Shown piece after piece: positions 29,672 to 38,500 of a stretch of 64,000 nt of DNA (its first letter is position 1; every line of letters begins with the position of its first letter). Origin of the DNA: Candidatus Woesearchaeota archaeon (GTDB lineage: Archaea; Nanobdellota; Nanobdellia; UBA10117; JABICX01). The stretch is taken from the NCBI GenBank assembly GCA_018652045.1, contig JABICX010000017.1, positions 6,293 through 70,292 of the forward strand. Reading direction: 5' to 3'. Under the pieces are notes generated by a model. That model had not been told where the DNA came from, ran no database searches, and saw only the letters and a program-made list of their open reading frames with translations. Both the position numbers and the translations under genes were made by a program.

Positions 29672-30697
29672 ATGCATAAACTTGCAATTATATTCCTGCT
29701 CTTAATTCTTCCAACAATCGTGGTAGCTGAAACTTTCGAAAACATAAAAGTAGAAGACTCTGTTGAAGACCAGTATTGGAATATAACGCTTCTAAGTATG
29801 GATTCCGATAACAGCATATTAATGCAAGTCTGGCTAGATCCAAGCGAATTAATAACTAAACGAGTTTATTTCAACACAACTACAAACTTTGATGGTATAA
29901 ACATCACAACTACTGAAACTTTCTTTGACGAAGATCCATTACTAACACTAATCACATTCCAAACCGACGTCTTATGGACACACGACTGCGAAGTGGACTC
30001 TGACTGCAATGATGATGGTGCATGTACGATTGACAAATGTATTGGGTATCCAAAAAGCTGCGACTACGATAATTCACATACAAACATAACTGTATGTACT
30101 ACTGGCGATGGCTGTTGTCCAAGTGACTGTCGATGGCGTGATGACAAAGACTGCGTACAGTTCCCATGCGACTCAAGATTTGACTGTAATGATTATAATG
30201 CGTCAACTAATGACTCTTGTGCAGCCAACTACTCTTGCGATTTTAGAGAAATCGTTTGGTGTGAGACTGACGATGAGATCTGCCCAGTTAACTGCACATA
30301 CACATCTGAAATCACCTCCGCAAGAGACTTAGATTGTTCCAAAGACAATGTATGTATTAAGCATGAAGATTGTGATGATAATAACGCTTCAACCGCGGAT
30401 CTATGCTACGCAGATCCATCTACCGACCCAAAAACCTGTGTATATGAAACAATAACATTACGACCTACTTTGGAAGATTATGACCTACCAACACAGCCAG
30501 TAGACACAAAACAATATGAATACAACGAACCACCTGAAGCAAACGAGGGAGTCATTAAGGGTCTTCTAACACATGGCGATCGTAAACGAAACCTTGCTAT
30601 CCTGTTCGGGATACTATTAGCTGGATTAGTCGTATATGTCGTATGGATTTCTTTAAAGTTTAAGCCTGAACCAAAAGTATATGGCAGTATTCAATAA
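29672..30697 (+). CDS. Secreted Cys-rich surface protein with three DC..DCNDxNAST..C modules and C-terminal TM anchor
   Basis: N-terminal signal peptide, repeated Cys-rich modules, many NxS/T sequons, C-terminal hydrophobic helix (LAILFGILLAGLVVYVVWI). Confidence 0.6.
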   Translation: MHKLAIIFLLLILPTIVVAETFENIKVEDSVEDQYWNITLLSMDSDNSILMQVWLDPSELITKRVYFNTTTNFDGINITTTETFFDEDPLLTLITFQTDVLWTHDCEVDSDCNDDGACTIDKCIGYPKSCDYDNSHTNITVCTTGDGCCPSDCRWRDDKDCVQFPCDSRFDCNDYNASTNDSCAANYSCDFREIVWCETDDEICPVNCTYTSEITSARDLDCSKDNVCIKHEDCDDNNASTADLCYADPSTDPKTCVYETITLRPTLEDYDLPTQPVDTKQYEYNEPPEANEGVIKGLLTHGDRKRNLAILFGILLAGLVVYVVWISLKFKPEPKVYGSIQ

Positions 30698-30726
30698 AGC
30701 TTAAAAAGCTGAGGTCTCAGGGAAAG

Positions 30727-31158
30727 TTGATAAAAATGCCAATTATAGGTCATCAGATTACAAAGATCATAGGCAAGCGCGGCGAGCCTGAAAAAGGTCT
30801 AAAAATTACTTCAAACGTCGAACTAAAAGATGTTCAAAAGCATGCTATCTTCGTAGCTGGAGACAAGAAAGAAGCTTTAGATTTCGAGTTCCAATTCACT
30901 GTAAAATACGGTGAGAAAGCAGGTGGCATTGATATTACAGGTACACTATTCTATACTGGAACAGAGGAAGAACTAGAAAAGCTATACAAAGAGTGGAGCA
31001 AGACTAAAAAGCTAAAGGCTAAGCTGATTATGGGCATCCTAAACCGCGCAATGGAGCTAGGTTATATTGAATCAATTCCGTTAGCTGAAAGATTAAGACT
31101 TCCACCACCAGTACAATTACCTAGATTCATCGCAGAAGAAGATCACAAGAAAAAGTAG
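30727..31158 (+). CDS. Hypothetical protein
   Basis: 143-aa ORF. Confidence 0.4.
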   Translation: MIKMPIIGHQITKIIGKRGEPEKGLKITSNVELKDVQKHAIFVAGDKKEALDFEFQFTVKYGEKAGGIDITGTLFYTGTEEELEKLYKEWSKTKKLKAKLIMGILNRAMELGYIESIPLAERLRLPPPVQLPRFIAEEDHKKK

Positions 31159-31206
31159 TTACTGCATTACAGTAACTCTTTTAAGTTTTTACTATTTACT
31201 AATTAC

Positions 31207-32211
31207 ATGGTACTAGGCTTACATACAAAGGCAGGTGTAGAAGAAATACATATCGATCGGCTCAGCAAAGCCAAAACTACTATCAGACATATGTTAAATC
31301 ACCGAGAGTTTGAGTTTGTCCGTAAGCTTGAGCTCAATGACGTGGGGAGTCTTTTTCTAAGAAATAGTAATTGGGATAAACCAATCTTAACGGAAGATGT
31401 CTTCTCAAACACAGAAGACCCTACATATCTTCAAGAGCGGATTGGGAGTTACTTCACGCATGCGCGAAAGAAAAAATTGCTAGACCTCGTCATGGTAGAT
31501 TTGGATCGCGATTCAAGTAAAAGCGCACTTATCGTAAGAACTACTAGAATAAGTCAATTAGATGCTATTTTAACTGTTGATGAAGCAAGACCAAAGATTG
31601 GTCAAATATTAAATCAAGCTCAATCATTATATTCTGATAGAAAGATATCTGCAGATGATTTTGTGAGTTTTGTGGACGATGTCCGAAAAACAGGCCTACC
31701 ACTCGTTGATTCATTCACAGAAGAACAACTGTATATTGATGCAACTAAAGTACTTACTTTTGGAGAAACGATTAGTAAGGTCGAAGAGCTTGCAAAGACA
31801 ATCTTGAAGCAGGAGGCATACCTACTAACTTTCCAGAAGTTAATTAAAGATAACACTAGTATTCAACAAACTGCAAGGGATGTACGTGGTGCTCACAATA
31901 CTTTGTGTGTAGCAAAAGATGCGCTACACCGCCTGTCGCATGCACAAAATTTACAAGAAGCTTATCGTTTTATGAATGGACACTTCAGAGACCAAGAAGA
32001 GTTTGAAGAGTTTGAAATACCAAATATCAACGCACTAACTGAAGAATTTGAGCTTCCAACACCTTCTCTTGAATTAATACATATGTTTGATCAGGAACAC
32101 AAAAGATTAGAGAAAGAAAAACAAGAAATAGCTCACCAAGGAATCGCTGAATTAGAAGGTAGGGTCCGAGAAGATCTAATGCAAGCGGCGATCATAGATC
32201 ACGCTTTTTAA
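31207..32211 (+). CDS. Hypothetical protein
   Basis: 334-aa ORF, largely helical and charged. Confidence 0.45.
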   Translation: MVLGLHTKAGVEEIHIDRLSKAKTTIRHMLNHREFEFVRKLELNDVGSLFLRNSNWDKPILTEDVFSNTEDPTYLQERIGSYFTHARKKKLLDLVMVDLDRDSSKSALIVRTTRISQLDAILTVDEARPKIGQILNQAQSLYSDRKISADDFVSFVDDVRKTGLPLVDSFTEEQLYIDATKVLTFGETISKVEELAKTILKQEAYLLTFQKLIKDNTSIQQTARDVRGAHNTLCVAKDALHRLSHAQNLQEAYRFMNGHFRDQEEFEEFEIPNINALTEEFELPTPSLELIHMFDQEHKRLEKEKQEIAHQGIAELEGRVREDLMQAAIIDHAF

Positions 32212-32245
32212 TCTTAGGTATCTGTTAAAATTATAAATGAGATAA

Positions 32246-32692
32246 TCACCCCATACGAGGTCCTTCAAGCATAATCTTACTATGTAATACTGAATGTATT
32301 TGTTTTACGTACAATAAAACAGTGTAGTTAGATATAACTGACTCAACAATAGGTCTATCATCTGCCGCTAAACCCAAAGTACCGTCCAACGTCATATATT
32401 TACGTCCCAGGAACTCTTCGCTATCTTTTTCAACGCCAAACCCAAGCATAATAACAGGCGGAACTGGACCGCCAATATGTACTGCAAATTGTGTACCATC
32501 ATTATCTAACTGCCGGCGTAGCTCAATATATACTTCCCGCGAGATGGGAACTGGACCAATACCTCCCATCTGTGATATGTTTATATTAGGCAACAGTCTA
32601 AAAGCTGCGCTGAGCCCTTGTGCAACTTTAACTAAAGTGTTCCCATCAGGTATCTGAAAATAAGCTTTATCTATATTTATACTTTCACTCAT
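32246..32692 (-). CDS. Pyruvoyl-dependent arginine decarboxylase-like protein (PdaD-like, tentative)
   Basis: N-terminal AYFQIPDGNTLV resembles the PdaD AYFKLP N-terminal motif. A Ser-containing NINISQMGG segment could be the self-processing site. Divergent from an agmatinase gene. Confidence 0.35.
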   Translation of the reverse strand: MSESINIDKAYFQIPDGNTLVKVAQGLSAAFRLLPNINISQMGGIGPVPISREVYIELRRQLDNDGTQFAVHIGGPVPPVIMLGFGVEKDSEEFLGRKYMTLDGTLGLAADDRPIVESVISNYTVLLYVKQIHSVLHSKIMLEGPRMG

Positions 32693-32742
32693 AAATACAT
32701 ATCATAACATAAACTTAAAAACTTGATTATACTGAATTTACT

Positions 32743-33480
32743 ATGTATAAATTCCTAAAGATACCTTTTGACGCAGGTAACCCAACGGGAAAGAAAGGCA
32801 CAGTTAAGTCTCCCGAGCTGATTCTTAAGAAGAAAGGTTATACTGTCAAAGTAAACCAATCTAATGCGGAAGAATCTATGAACAACATTGAAGCTGCTGC
32901 GCTGCAGGAACTTAAAGAAGGTCACCAACTCTGTTCAGTCGGTGGAGATCACTCAATCACATATGGATTAGTAAAAGCTGCTGCTAAAGTCCACAAAGAG
33001 CTAGCTTTAATTTATTTTGACGCGCACCTGGATTGTGAAGATAGTTTCATACCTCCAAGTCATGAAGATGTTATCCAAGCAATTGTAAAGCAAAAGTTAG
33101 TTAAACCACAGAATATCATAATCATCGGAACAAGGAAGTTTTGGAAAAAAGAGGTTGACTTCATAAAAAAACACAAGATAACAGTCATATACGCACCAGT
33201 CGATCGATCAGATATTGAAAAAAACATCAAGAACTTCTTCAAAAAGCACAAACATGTCTACATTTCTGTTGACATAGATGTTTTCGATCCAAGTGTCGCA
33301 CCTGACACTGGCTATCCGGAACAAGGTGGTTTTACTGAAGAGGAGTTTCGTGTATTTACTGAAAACATGGACTTCAAGAGAATTATAGGTTTCGACTTAG
33401 TAGAAGTAGCGCAGTCTAACGTTAAAAGTAAAAAGACGGTAACACTGGCTTCGCATGTAATTAAGTTTTTACTAGGTTAG
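32743..33480 (+). CDS. Agmatinase/arginase-family ureohydrolase
   Basis: Mn-binding motifs GGDHSIT, DAHLD and SVDIDVFDP. Short, at 245 aa. Confidence 0.7.
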   Translation: MYKFLKIPFDAGNPTGKKGTVKSPELILKKKGYTVKVNQSNAEESMNNIEAAALQELKEGHQLCSVGGDHSITYGLVKAAAKVHKELALIYFDAHLDCEDSFIPPSHEDVIQAIVKQKLVKPQNIIIIGTRKFWKKEVDFIKKHKITVIYAPVDRSDIEKNIKNFFKKHKHVYISVDIDVFDPSVAPDTGYPEQGGFTEEEFRVFTENMDFKRIIGFDLVEVAQSNVKSKKTVTLASHVIKFLLG

Positions 33481-33508
33481 AGTAACGACGGATTCGAAAC
33501 CTATTTAT

Positions 33509-33838
33509 ATGTTATGTTCTATAGCTTTAACACGAGGGATTACAATGAGTACACTTTGGTTAAAAAAACAGAAAACCCATAATATATTTTTACGGGAGAA
33601 GCCGATTGAATTGTTACTATGCCTGATGAATCAGACTAAACAAGCAAAGTATCCGTCAATGCTGGCAAAAGAAGCTAAATGCACATACAGTCACACCGTA
33701 CATTTACTACAAAAGATGGAAAAGAATGGACTCGTCAAGTTCGAGAAGAAAGGACGACTAAAACTAGTTGGTCTAACAAAGAAAGGCGAACAAGTCTCAG
33801 ATCTTTTCGAGCAAGTTGGTAGAACTTTAGTCCGTTAG
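33509..33838 (+). CDS. Winged-helix transcriptional regulator (MarR/ArsR-like)
   Basis: HTH followed by wing (GLVKFEKKGRLKLVGLTKKG). Alternative start MSTLWL at 33545. Confidence 0.55.
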   Translation: MLCSIALTRGITMSTLWLKKQKTHNIFLREKPIELLLCLMNQTKQAKYPSMLAKEAKCTYSHTVHLLQKMEKNGLVKFEKKGRLKLVGLTKKGEQVSDLFEQVGRTLVR

Positions 33839-33943
33839 GACCAACTTTCTTTACTTTTTATATTTATTCATAATTTAGTCGCTAGATATGACTTTCAAAA
33901 CCATTATAAATCAGCCTATCCTTTCATACTCAAAGGTGAAATT

Positions 33944-34090
33944 ATGGTTGAAGCTTATTGTGTAAAATGTAAGAAAAAAACCGAGATGAAGGACGAAAAA
34001 AAGACGAAGACAAAGAACGGTAGAAACATGTTAAAGGGCTCATGTCCAAAGTGTGGAACTACAGTTTGTAAATTTGTCAAAAACGATTAA
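33944..34090 (+). CDS. Small zinc-ribbon protein (48 aa, CxxC..CxxC), DUF5679-like; not in the ORF track
   Basis: Translation MVEAYCVKCKKKTEMKDEKKTKTKNGRNMLKGSCPKCGTTVCKFVKND. AGGTGA RBS-like sequence 5 nt upstream. Followed by an oligo-T tract. Confidence 0.55.
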   Translation: MVEAYCVKCKKKTEMKDEKKTKTKNGRNMLKGSCPKCGTTVCKFVKND

Positions 34091-34105
34091 TTCGTTACTT
34101 CTTTG

Positions 34106-34153
34106 ATTTTTTATTTTTTAATATATAAAAAGAGCTAGCTATTAAGCTAGCTC
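34106..34153. terminator. Bidirectional terminator region with two T6 runs and a perfect 9-bp hairpin
   Basis: Two T6 runs at 34106-34120 after the plus-strand gene. Inverted repeat GAGCTAGCT-ATTA-AGCTAGCTC at 34132-34153, overlapping the stop of the convergent minus-strand gene. Confidence 0.5.
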
Positions 34154-34915
34154 AAATGTTGCACTAATTCTTGCAGAGACTTCTACATCACCTGGTAGAA
34201 CCTGTGTTTCAGCGTGTACTCCGCTTGCTGCAAGTGCGGTTTCTTCGATCTCAGAGTACATAACTCTGTGAGGACCATAATCCCAACTAGAATCACTAAC
34301 TGAAACTACTTTGTGTACCTTAAGTCCAAGTCCTGCAGCCATAGCTTCTGCCTTGTCTCGTGCATCCTGTGTTGCCTTCTCAATTGCCTCTTTTTTCAGT
34401 TCATTCTGTTGCTCTTCTGATACTGCAAAGCGTACGTTTTGTACGTTGTTTGCTCCTGCAGCAACAGCTACATCAAGATATTTACCAACCTTGTCTAGGT
34501 TCTCTGTAGTAATCTCCAAAGTGTGGCTCGCATGATATGTAGTTATATGTTTCGGGCATTCAACGCCAGCTAATGCAATACATGTTGCTAACTCCTGACG
34601 ATCCCAAACATTGTGGTTCAGAGTCTTAAAGTTATCATCAGTAAGTCCTTCATATTTTAGACGTGCAAGAACCATCTCCATCTCATCTGAGTTCTTGGTC
34701 TGAGCATCTTCTGCAGTATCTGCATCATTTTCAAAGCCAATTACAATTGTAGCCTGTGTTGGATCAGCCTTTGCAGTGTATGTACCCGTTACTGATACTG
34801 TCTGACCATCTGGGTTTGGAATTGACGGAAACTCAATTCCTGATGCAAACAGCACAGCTGAAATCGCAATAGCGATCGCAACAATGGTTATTACCATCAT
34901 ATGTTGATTTTTCAT
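34142..34915 (-). CDS. SIMPL/DUF541-family secreted protein
   Basis: Signal-anchor followed by a two-lobed fold typical of the SIMPL family (ENLDKVGKYLDVAVAAGANNVQNVRFAVSEEQQNELKKEAIEKA). Confidence 0.6.
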   Translation of the reverse strand: MKNQHMMVITIVAIAIAISAVLFASGIEFPSIPNPDGQTVSVTGTYTAKADPTQATIVIGFENDADTAEDAQTKNSDEMEMVLARLKYEGLTDDNFKTLNHNVWDRQELATCIALAGVECPKHITTYHASHTLEITTENLDKVGKYLDVAVAAGANNVQNVRFAVSEEQQNELKKEAIEKATQDARDKAEAMAAGLGLKVHKVVSVSDSSWDYGPHRVMYSEIEETALAASGVHAETQVLPGDVEVSARISATFELA

Positions 34916-34958
34916 TGTAATAATATGAAAACTTACGCCTTTATAAGATTCTAGATAG

Positions 34959-35606
34959 CTACGAACGATTTCGTAGTCGGAACAAGTAAAGTACTAACAT
35001 CGCAAGCCCTGCTGCAACCATAAACCAAAACCAAAGTTGTGGCTCTGCCTGTACCGACGTACTCTCTGTAACATAGACCGTTGTGTTTGTTATGTTTTCT
35101 ACAACAGCATTATTTACTGTATCAATACTGTTGGTTGCTGTAGATACAACGCCCCTTACAACTGGTAAGGTAGTTTCTGAACCGCTCTGCAAGAAACTAT
35201 CTGTCACAGCTTTTTCAGTCATAGATGTACTTGTGCCCCCTGAGTAAAACAACTTTTGCGTAATGAATCCTGAAACAGCAGATATACCTAAAACTGCAGG
35301 AATAATAAGTCTGTTCATAGCGTCCAGCAAACCTGGCTTCTGCTCAGGAGCATATACAAAGATCTCGCCAGCTAGCTCATACAGCTTCATCTTATTGCCT
35401 CGTGGCGACCATTTGTAATAACCAGACTTGATCAATCCAGCCTTTTCTAGCTGAGTTATGTTATAATCAACTGTAGTCAATGGCAAGTCTAGTTCTTTAG
35501 CAATCTGCGAGACGGACTTTTTCTTATCGAGCGTCTCAAGTATCTTTCTAGCAGTCTGATTAGACAACATTTTGGCAGTTTTTGCAGATAGAAACTTAAC
35601 TGTCAT
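34959..35606 (-). CDS. Winged-helix (ArsR-like) DNA-binding domain protein with C-terminal transmembrane anchor
   Basis: N-terminal HTH (SVSQIAKELDLPLTTVDYNITQLEKAGLI), Ser/Thr-rich middle, C-terminal TM (LWFWFMVAAGLAMLVLYLF). Confidence 0.5.
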   Translation of the reverse strand: MTVKFLSAKTAKMLSNQTARKILETLDKKKSVSQIAKELDLPLTTVDYNITQLEKAGLIKSGYYKWSPRGNKMKLYELAGEIFVYAPEQKPGLLDAMNRLIIPAVLGISAVSGFITQKLFYSGGTSTSMTEKAVTDSFLQSGSETTLPVVRGVVSTATNSIDTVNNAVVENITNTTVYVTESTSVQAEPQLWFWFMVAAGLAMLVLYLFRLRNRS

Positions 35607-35656
35607 AGATACAGTAGTTTAGAATATCTTTTAAGCTTTTAGTATCATCATTTACT

Positions 35657-36004
35657 ATGGGAGACGGATATCCACTTATATCAGACCCAAACGTATATGG
35701 CATATTTACAGGAAACTTGGAGAACGTAAATCAACCAATACTTAAGATCGAAGCAGTGCTTTCAGATGGGAGCTCTTATCGACGTTGGGGTGATGGTGAA
35801 GCTGCTAATGAACGTGTATGGCTTAAGTCTGCAGAAGGTGACAGACAGGCGATTATAGATATAGATACATCAGGCATACGTGTATATGAATACTTTAGCA
35901 CAGGTGCTAAGCAAAAGTATAGAAATCCATTAATATCCTTTTTTACTATAGATGATGCGCTAAAAATCGCAAAAGGTATCATTCATACAGCTAAAGAAGC
36001 CTAG
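35657..36004 (+). CDS. Hypothetical protein
   Basis: 115-aa ORF. Confidence 0.4.
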   Translation: MGDGYPLISDPNVYGIFTGNLENVNQPILKIEAVLSDGSSYRRWGDGEAANERVWLKSAEGDRQAIIDIDTSGIRVYEYFSTGAKQKYRNPLISFFTIDDALKIAKGIIHTAKEA

Positions 36005-36416
36005 AATATTCTTTAAGCCGTTCAACAGTTTGCTTAACCACAAATGGCTCTATAAAGTTCTCAACAACAGAGGGTATTGAGTCGCAGATCTGATATCCGT
36101 CTTGCCTTTTCTCGACTAACTTAAGGTCTCGCATACGTCTAAGCTGTCTACGTACGTTTGGAGCTGAAGCACCTCGCTTTTCTCCCAATGCTCGCAGGAT
36201 TTCAGTAGGCTCAAAGCCTCTTCCTCGATTCTCAAGTAGAAGTTCAAAGATGTTAACGATCACGTCACGCGATTCTCCGGGCTGAAGTAGACCAATAGAT
36301 AACAAAAAGCGTCGCACAAGCTCTTTTCTCTCTAATCCGGCAGGACTTTCGTACTTGCGTATAGTGATTTCTTGCAGAGGTATGTCTTTAAGGGTAGTTT
36401 TAGTCATATTTATCAA
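35991..36416 (-). CDS. Winged-helix transcriptional regulator
   Basis: wHTH-like region (RDVIVNIFELLLENRGRGFEPTEILRALGEKR...LKLVEKRQDGYQI). Confidence 0.5.
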   Translation of the reverse strand: MINMTKTTLKDIPLQEITIRKYESPAGLERKELVRRFLLSIGLLQPGESRDVIVNIFELLLENRGRGFEPTEILRALGEKRGASAPNVRRQLRRMRDLKLVEKRQDGYQICDSIPSVVENFIEPFVVKQTVERLKEYSRLL

Positions 36417-36438
36417 AGATGTTGATTATTTATCAAAG
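36408..36438. promoter_or_regulatory. Two copies of an 11-nt direct repeat ATTTATCAAAG in a divergent promoter region (candidate operator)
   Basis: Copies at 36408-36418 and 36428-36438. The first overlaps the start codon of the minus-strand wHTH regulator gene. Confidence 0.4.
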
Positions 36439-36482
36439 TTTCCGAACAGAATGATTTTATAGTTTAATCGGTTAGTTTTTGT

Positions 36483-37400
36483 ATGACTCTTAAAAATCAC
36501 AAATATTCTATATTCGCGACAGTTGCTTTTGTCGCTATTATCTTGATTGTCTTCTATCCGCGAGAGGTGATAGATACACCAATTGATGAAGAGGGGGACT
36601 TATTCTACGCTCCACCTAGGGCAAAAGAACCTGGAGACATACTGGTTGTCTTAGATATCTATGAACTATTAGACGGTCAGAGCCAAGAGCTAGCTTTTGG
36701 TGAAGGCTATGTATGGCACGCAGATTCAGGTCAAACTGCTCGAAATGTAATATCCAAAATATCTGCAGGTGAAGAACTTGAAACATATAACAATCCAGAA
36801 GCAATAAAACACCTCGGAGGGTTAGCATATAGCAGCAATAATATATGGGGTGTTGATTGTCAGCTACCATATGGCACCGATTACGAAGGTACAATATACA
36901 AGATAGATACTAAGGAGCTTATATCTGGCGAATCTTGGGAAAAAGCCATTGTTAGTAGTTTCAGTGCCAGTTACCCATATACTAATCAGAATGCAGGTCT
37001 AACTTGTGAAGATGATACCTGCCAGTTCATATGGTTAGCAAATTGGGGTCAACCTGCTGGAATATATAGAATCGACACCGAGAAAGCCATAGCAGATGGG
37101 TTTATCTCACAAGACAGTGTTACAAGAACCATACTGCCTATTGGAACACATACTAACTTCCAAGGATTGGCGTGGGCCAACGATTATCTTTGGGTAGTTG
37201 ATTCTACACCACTTAACCAAGCAATTCTTAAAATTGACCCACATAGCGGAAGCATTGTTACTGAATATGCCTTGGGGACCTTTGTTTCTGAAGAAAACTG
37301 CCCTGAAAATACTTGCGAGGGCGAAGGTTTAGCGTACGATGGAGAACATCTATGGTTTAGTACAACTCGCCCTCAAAAGCTTTACAAGCTCGCAGTATAG
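36483..37400 (+). CDS. Membrane-anchored beta-propeller-like protein (glutaminyl-cyclase-like repeats)
   Basis: N-terminal TM and repeated W-containing blades (GLAYSSNNIWGV, QGLAWANDYLWVVDS, GEGLAYDGEHLWFS). Confidence 0.4.
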   Translation: MTLKNHKYSIFATVAFVAIILIVFYPREVIDTPIDEEGDLFYAPPRAKEPGDILVVLDIYELLDGQSQELAFGEGYVWHADSGQTARNVISKISAGEELETYNNPEAIKHLGGLAYSSNNIWGVDCQLPYGTDYEGTIYKIDTKELISGESWEKAIVSSFSASYPYTNQNAGLTCEDDTCQFIWLANWGQPAGIYRIDTEKAIADGFISQDSVTRTILPIGTHTNFQGLAWANDYLWVVDSTPLNQAILKIDPHSGSIVTEYALGTFVSEENCPENTCEGEGLAYDGEHLWFSTTRPQKLYKLAV

Positions 37401-37473
37401 CGTTTTTTTACTTAAACCCACCAAAAATGGGCAAATTACATGAACGACGGCCATTTTGGATTATTTTGCCTCT

Positions 37474-37752
37474 TTGCAATATTGTAAAGAATAGTATATA
37501 TTTGCAATATTGAAACAATGTACTATATCTTGCAATATTGAAAAGAATAGCTTGTCACCTACATATCCCTTCCATATTGAAAAGAACTCTAGACCGTTTC
37601 TGAGTTTGGAGCAAGTTTAGGGCTAGAAAGTGAGCCTAACGTGTTCTTATATTGCAATATTGAAAAGAATTAACACGTTCATTCACGTTAGTAATAGAAC
37701 TTTTGATAAATGATTAAAAGTTTTAATAGCATGGTTGCAATATTGAAAAGAA
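37474..37752 (+). repeat. Array of six ~18-nt direct repeats TTGCAATATTGAAAAGAA (palindromic CAATATTG core) in a 390-bp intergenic region
   Basis: Copies at 37474, 37502, 37530, 37570 (degenerate), 37652 and 37735. The first three have 28-nt periodicity. Copy 5 is flanked by inverted repeat CTAACGTGTTC / AACACGTTC..CACGTTAG. Related copies at 38468 and 43242. Confidence 0.6.
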
Positions 37753-37786
37753 ATATACTTTTATCTTAGTATGTATATCAATAACT

Positions 37787-38089
37787 ATGGCAGATCCATT
37801 TGGAGACATAGGTGGAAACATAGGAAAAGGGTTAGGAAGCGCCAATCTAGGCAGCTTTGGAGAGAGTAAATACAAGACTTATTTGAAATGGACTCTTATT
37901 ATAGCATCTATCTTAGGCATATTATCTGCACTAGCTATCTTCTCCATTATTCTTGGTCTTGGCCCAGGGTCTAGCCTCCCAATAGGTATAGAAACGCTCG
38001 GAATCATCGCAGGTTTGTGTGCATTCATAACGGGACTTGATACACTGTACAACACTTTTAGAAAGAAATCTGATACGGGTGGATTATAG
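37787..38089 (+). CDS. Small Gly-rich membrane protein
   Basis: 100-aa ORF with two TM helices; starts 34 nt after repeat copy 6. Confidence 0.45.
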   Translation: MADPFGDIGGNIGKGLGSANLGSFGESKYKTYLKWTLIIASILGILSALAIFSIILGLGPGSSLPIGIETLGIIAGLCAFITGLDTLYNTFRKKSDTGGL

Positions 38090-38128
38090 GTAATAACTAC
38101 GCATAATCTATCTTATACGCACTTAATC

Positions 38129-38473
38129 TTAAGGGGTTAGATGCTCAGTAAGTTCAGTCACTGCTACATCTGTTTCTTCAAAAGCTGCTTTAGCTTCAAC
38201 TGATTCTAATAATTCAGGTGACACGTCTATGATTTTTACTATATGTACTCTGCTGGTTTCGTTTCCAGCAATTGCTTTCTCATATACATCATTCTTTCCA
38301 AATAAAACCTGTAAACGGTTCGGATGATCTACTGGTTTAACCTTCACAGCACTACCATTGGATCTTGGGACATATACAAAAGGCCTTAAATCCCCTTCTT
38401 TATGCTTTAGAACGTAACCTTCTACCATACTTAATTTCAAAATATCCCTTTTTAAACCTATCTTTCTTTGCAA
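38129..38473 (-). CDS. Hypothetical protein
   Basis: 114-aa ORF with an alternative start at MVEGYV. Confidence 0.4.
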   Translation of the reverse strand: MQRKIGLKRDILKLSMVEGYVLKHKEGDLRPFVYVPRSNGSAVKVKPVDHPNRLQVLFGKNDVYEKAIAGNETSRVHIVKIIDVSPELLESVEAKAAFEETDVAVTELTEHLTP

Positions 38474-38500
38474 TACTGAAGAGATTTTTAAAAGGGACTT

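Noticed and set aside
37474-37752. Possibility that the 18-nt repeat array is a CRISPR array
   Set aside because: Repeat spacing is irregular (28, 28, 40, 82, 83 nt), repeats are AT-rich and degenerate, the spacers are too short, and there are no cas genes in the window.
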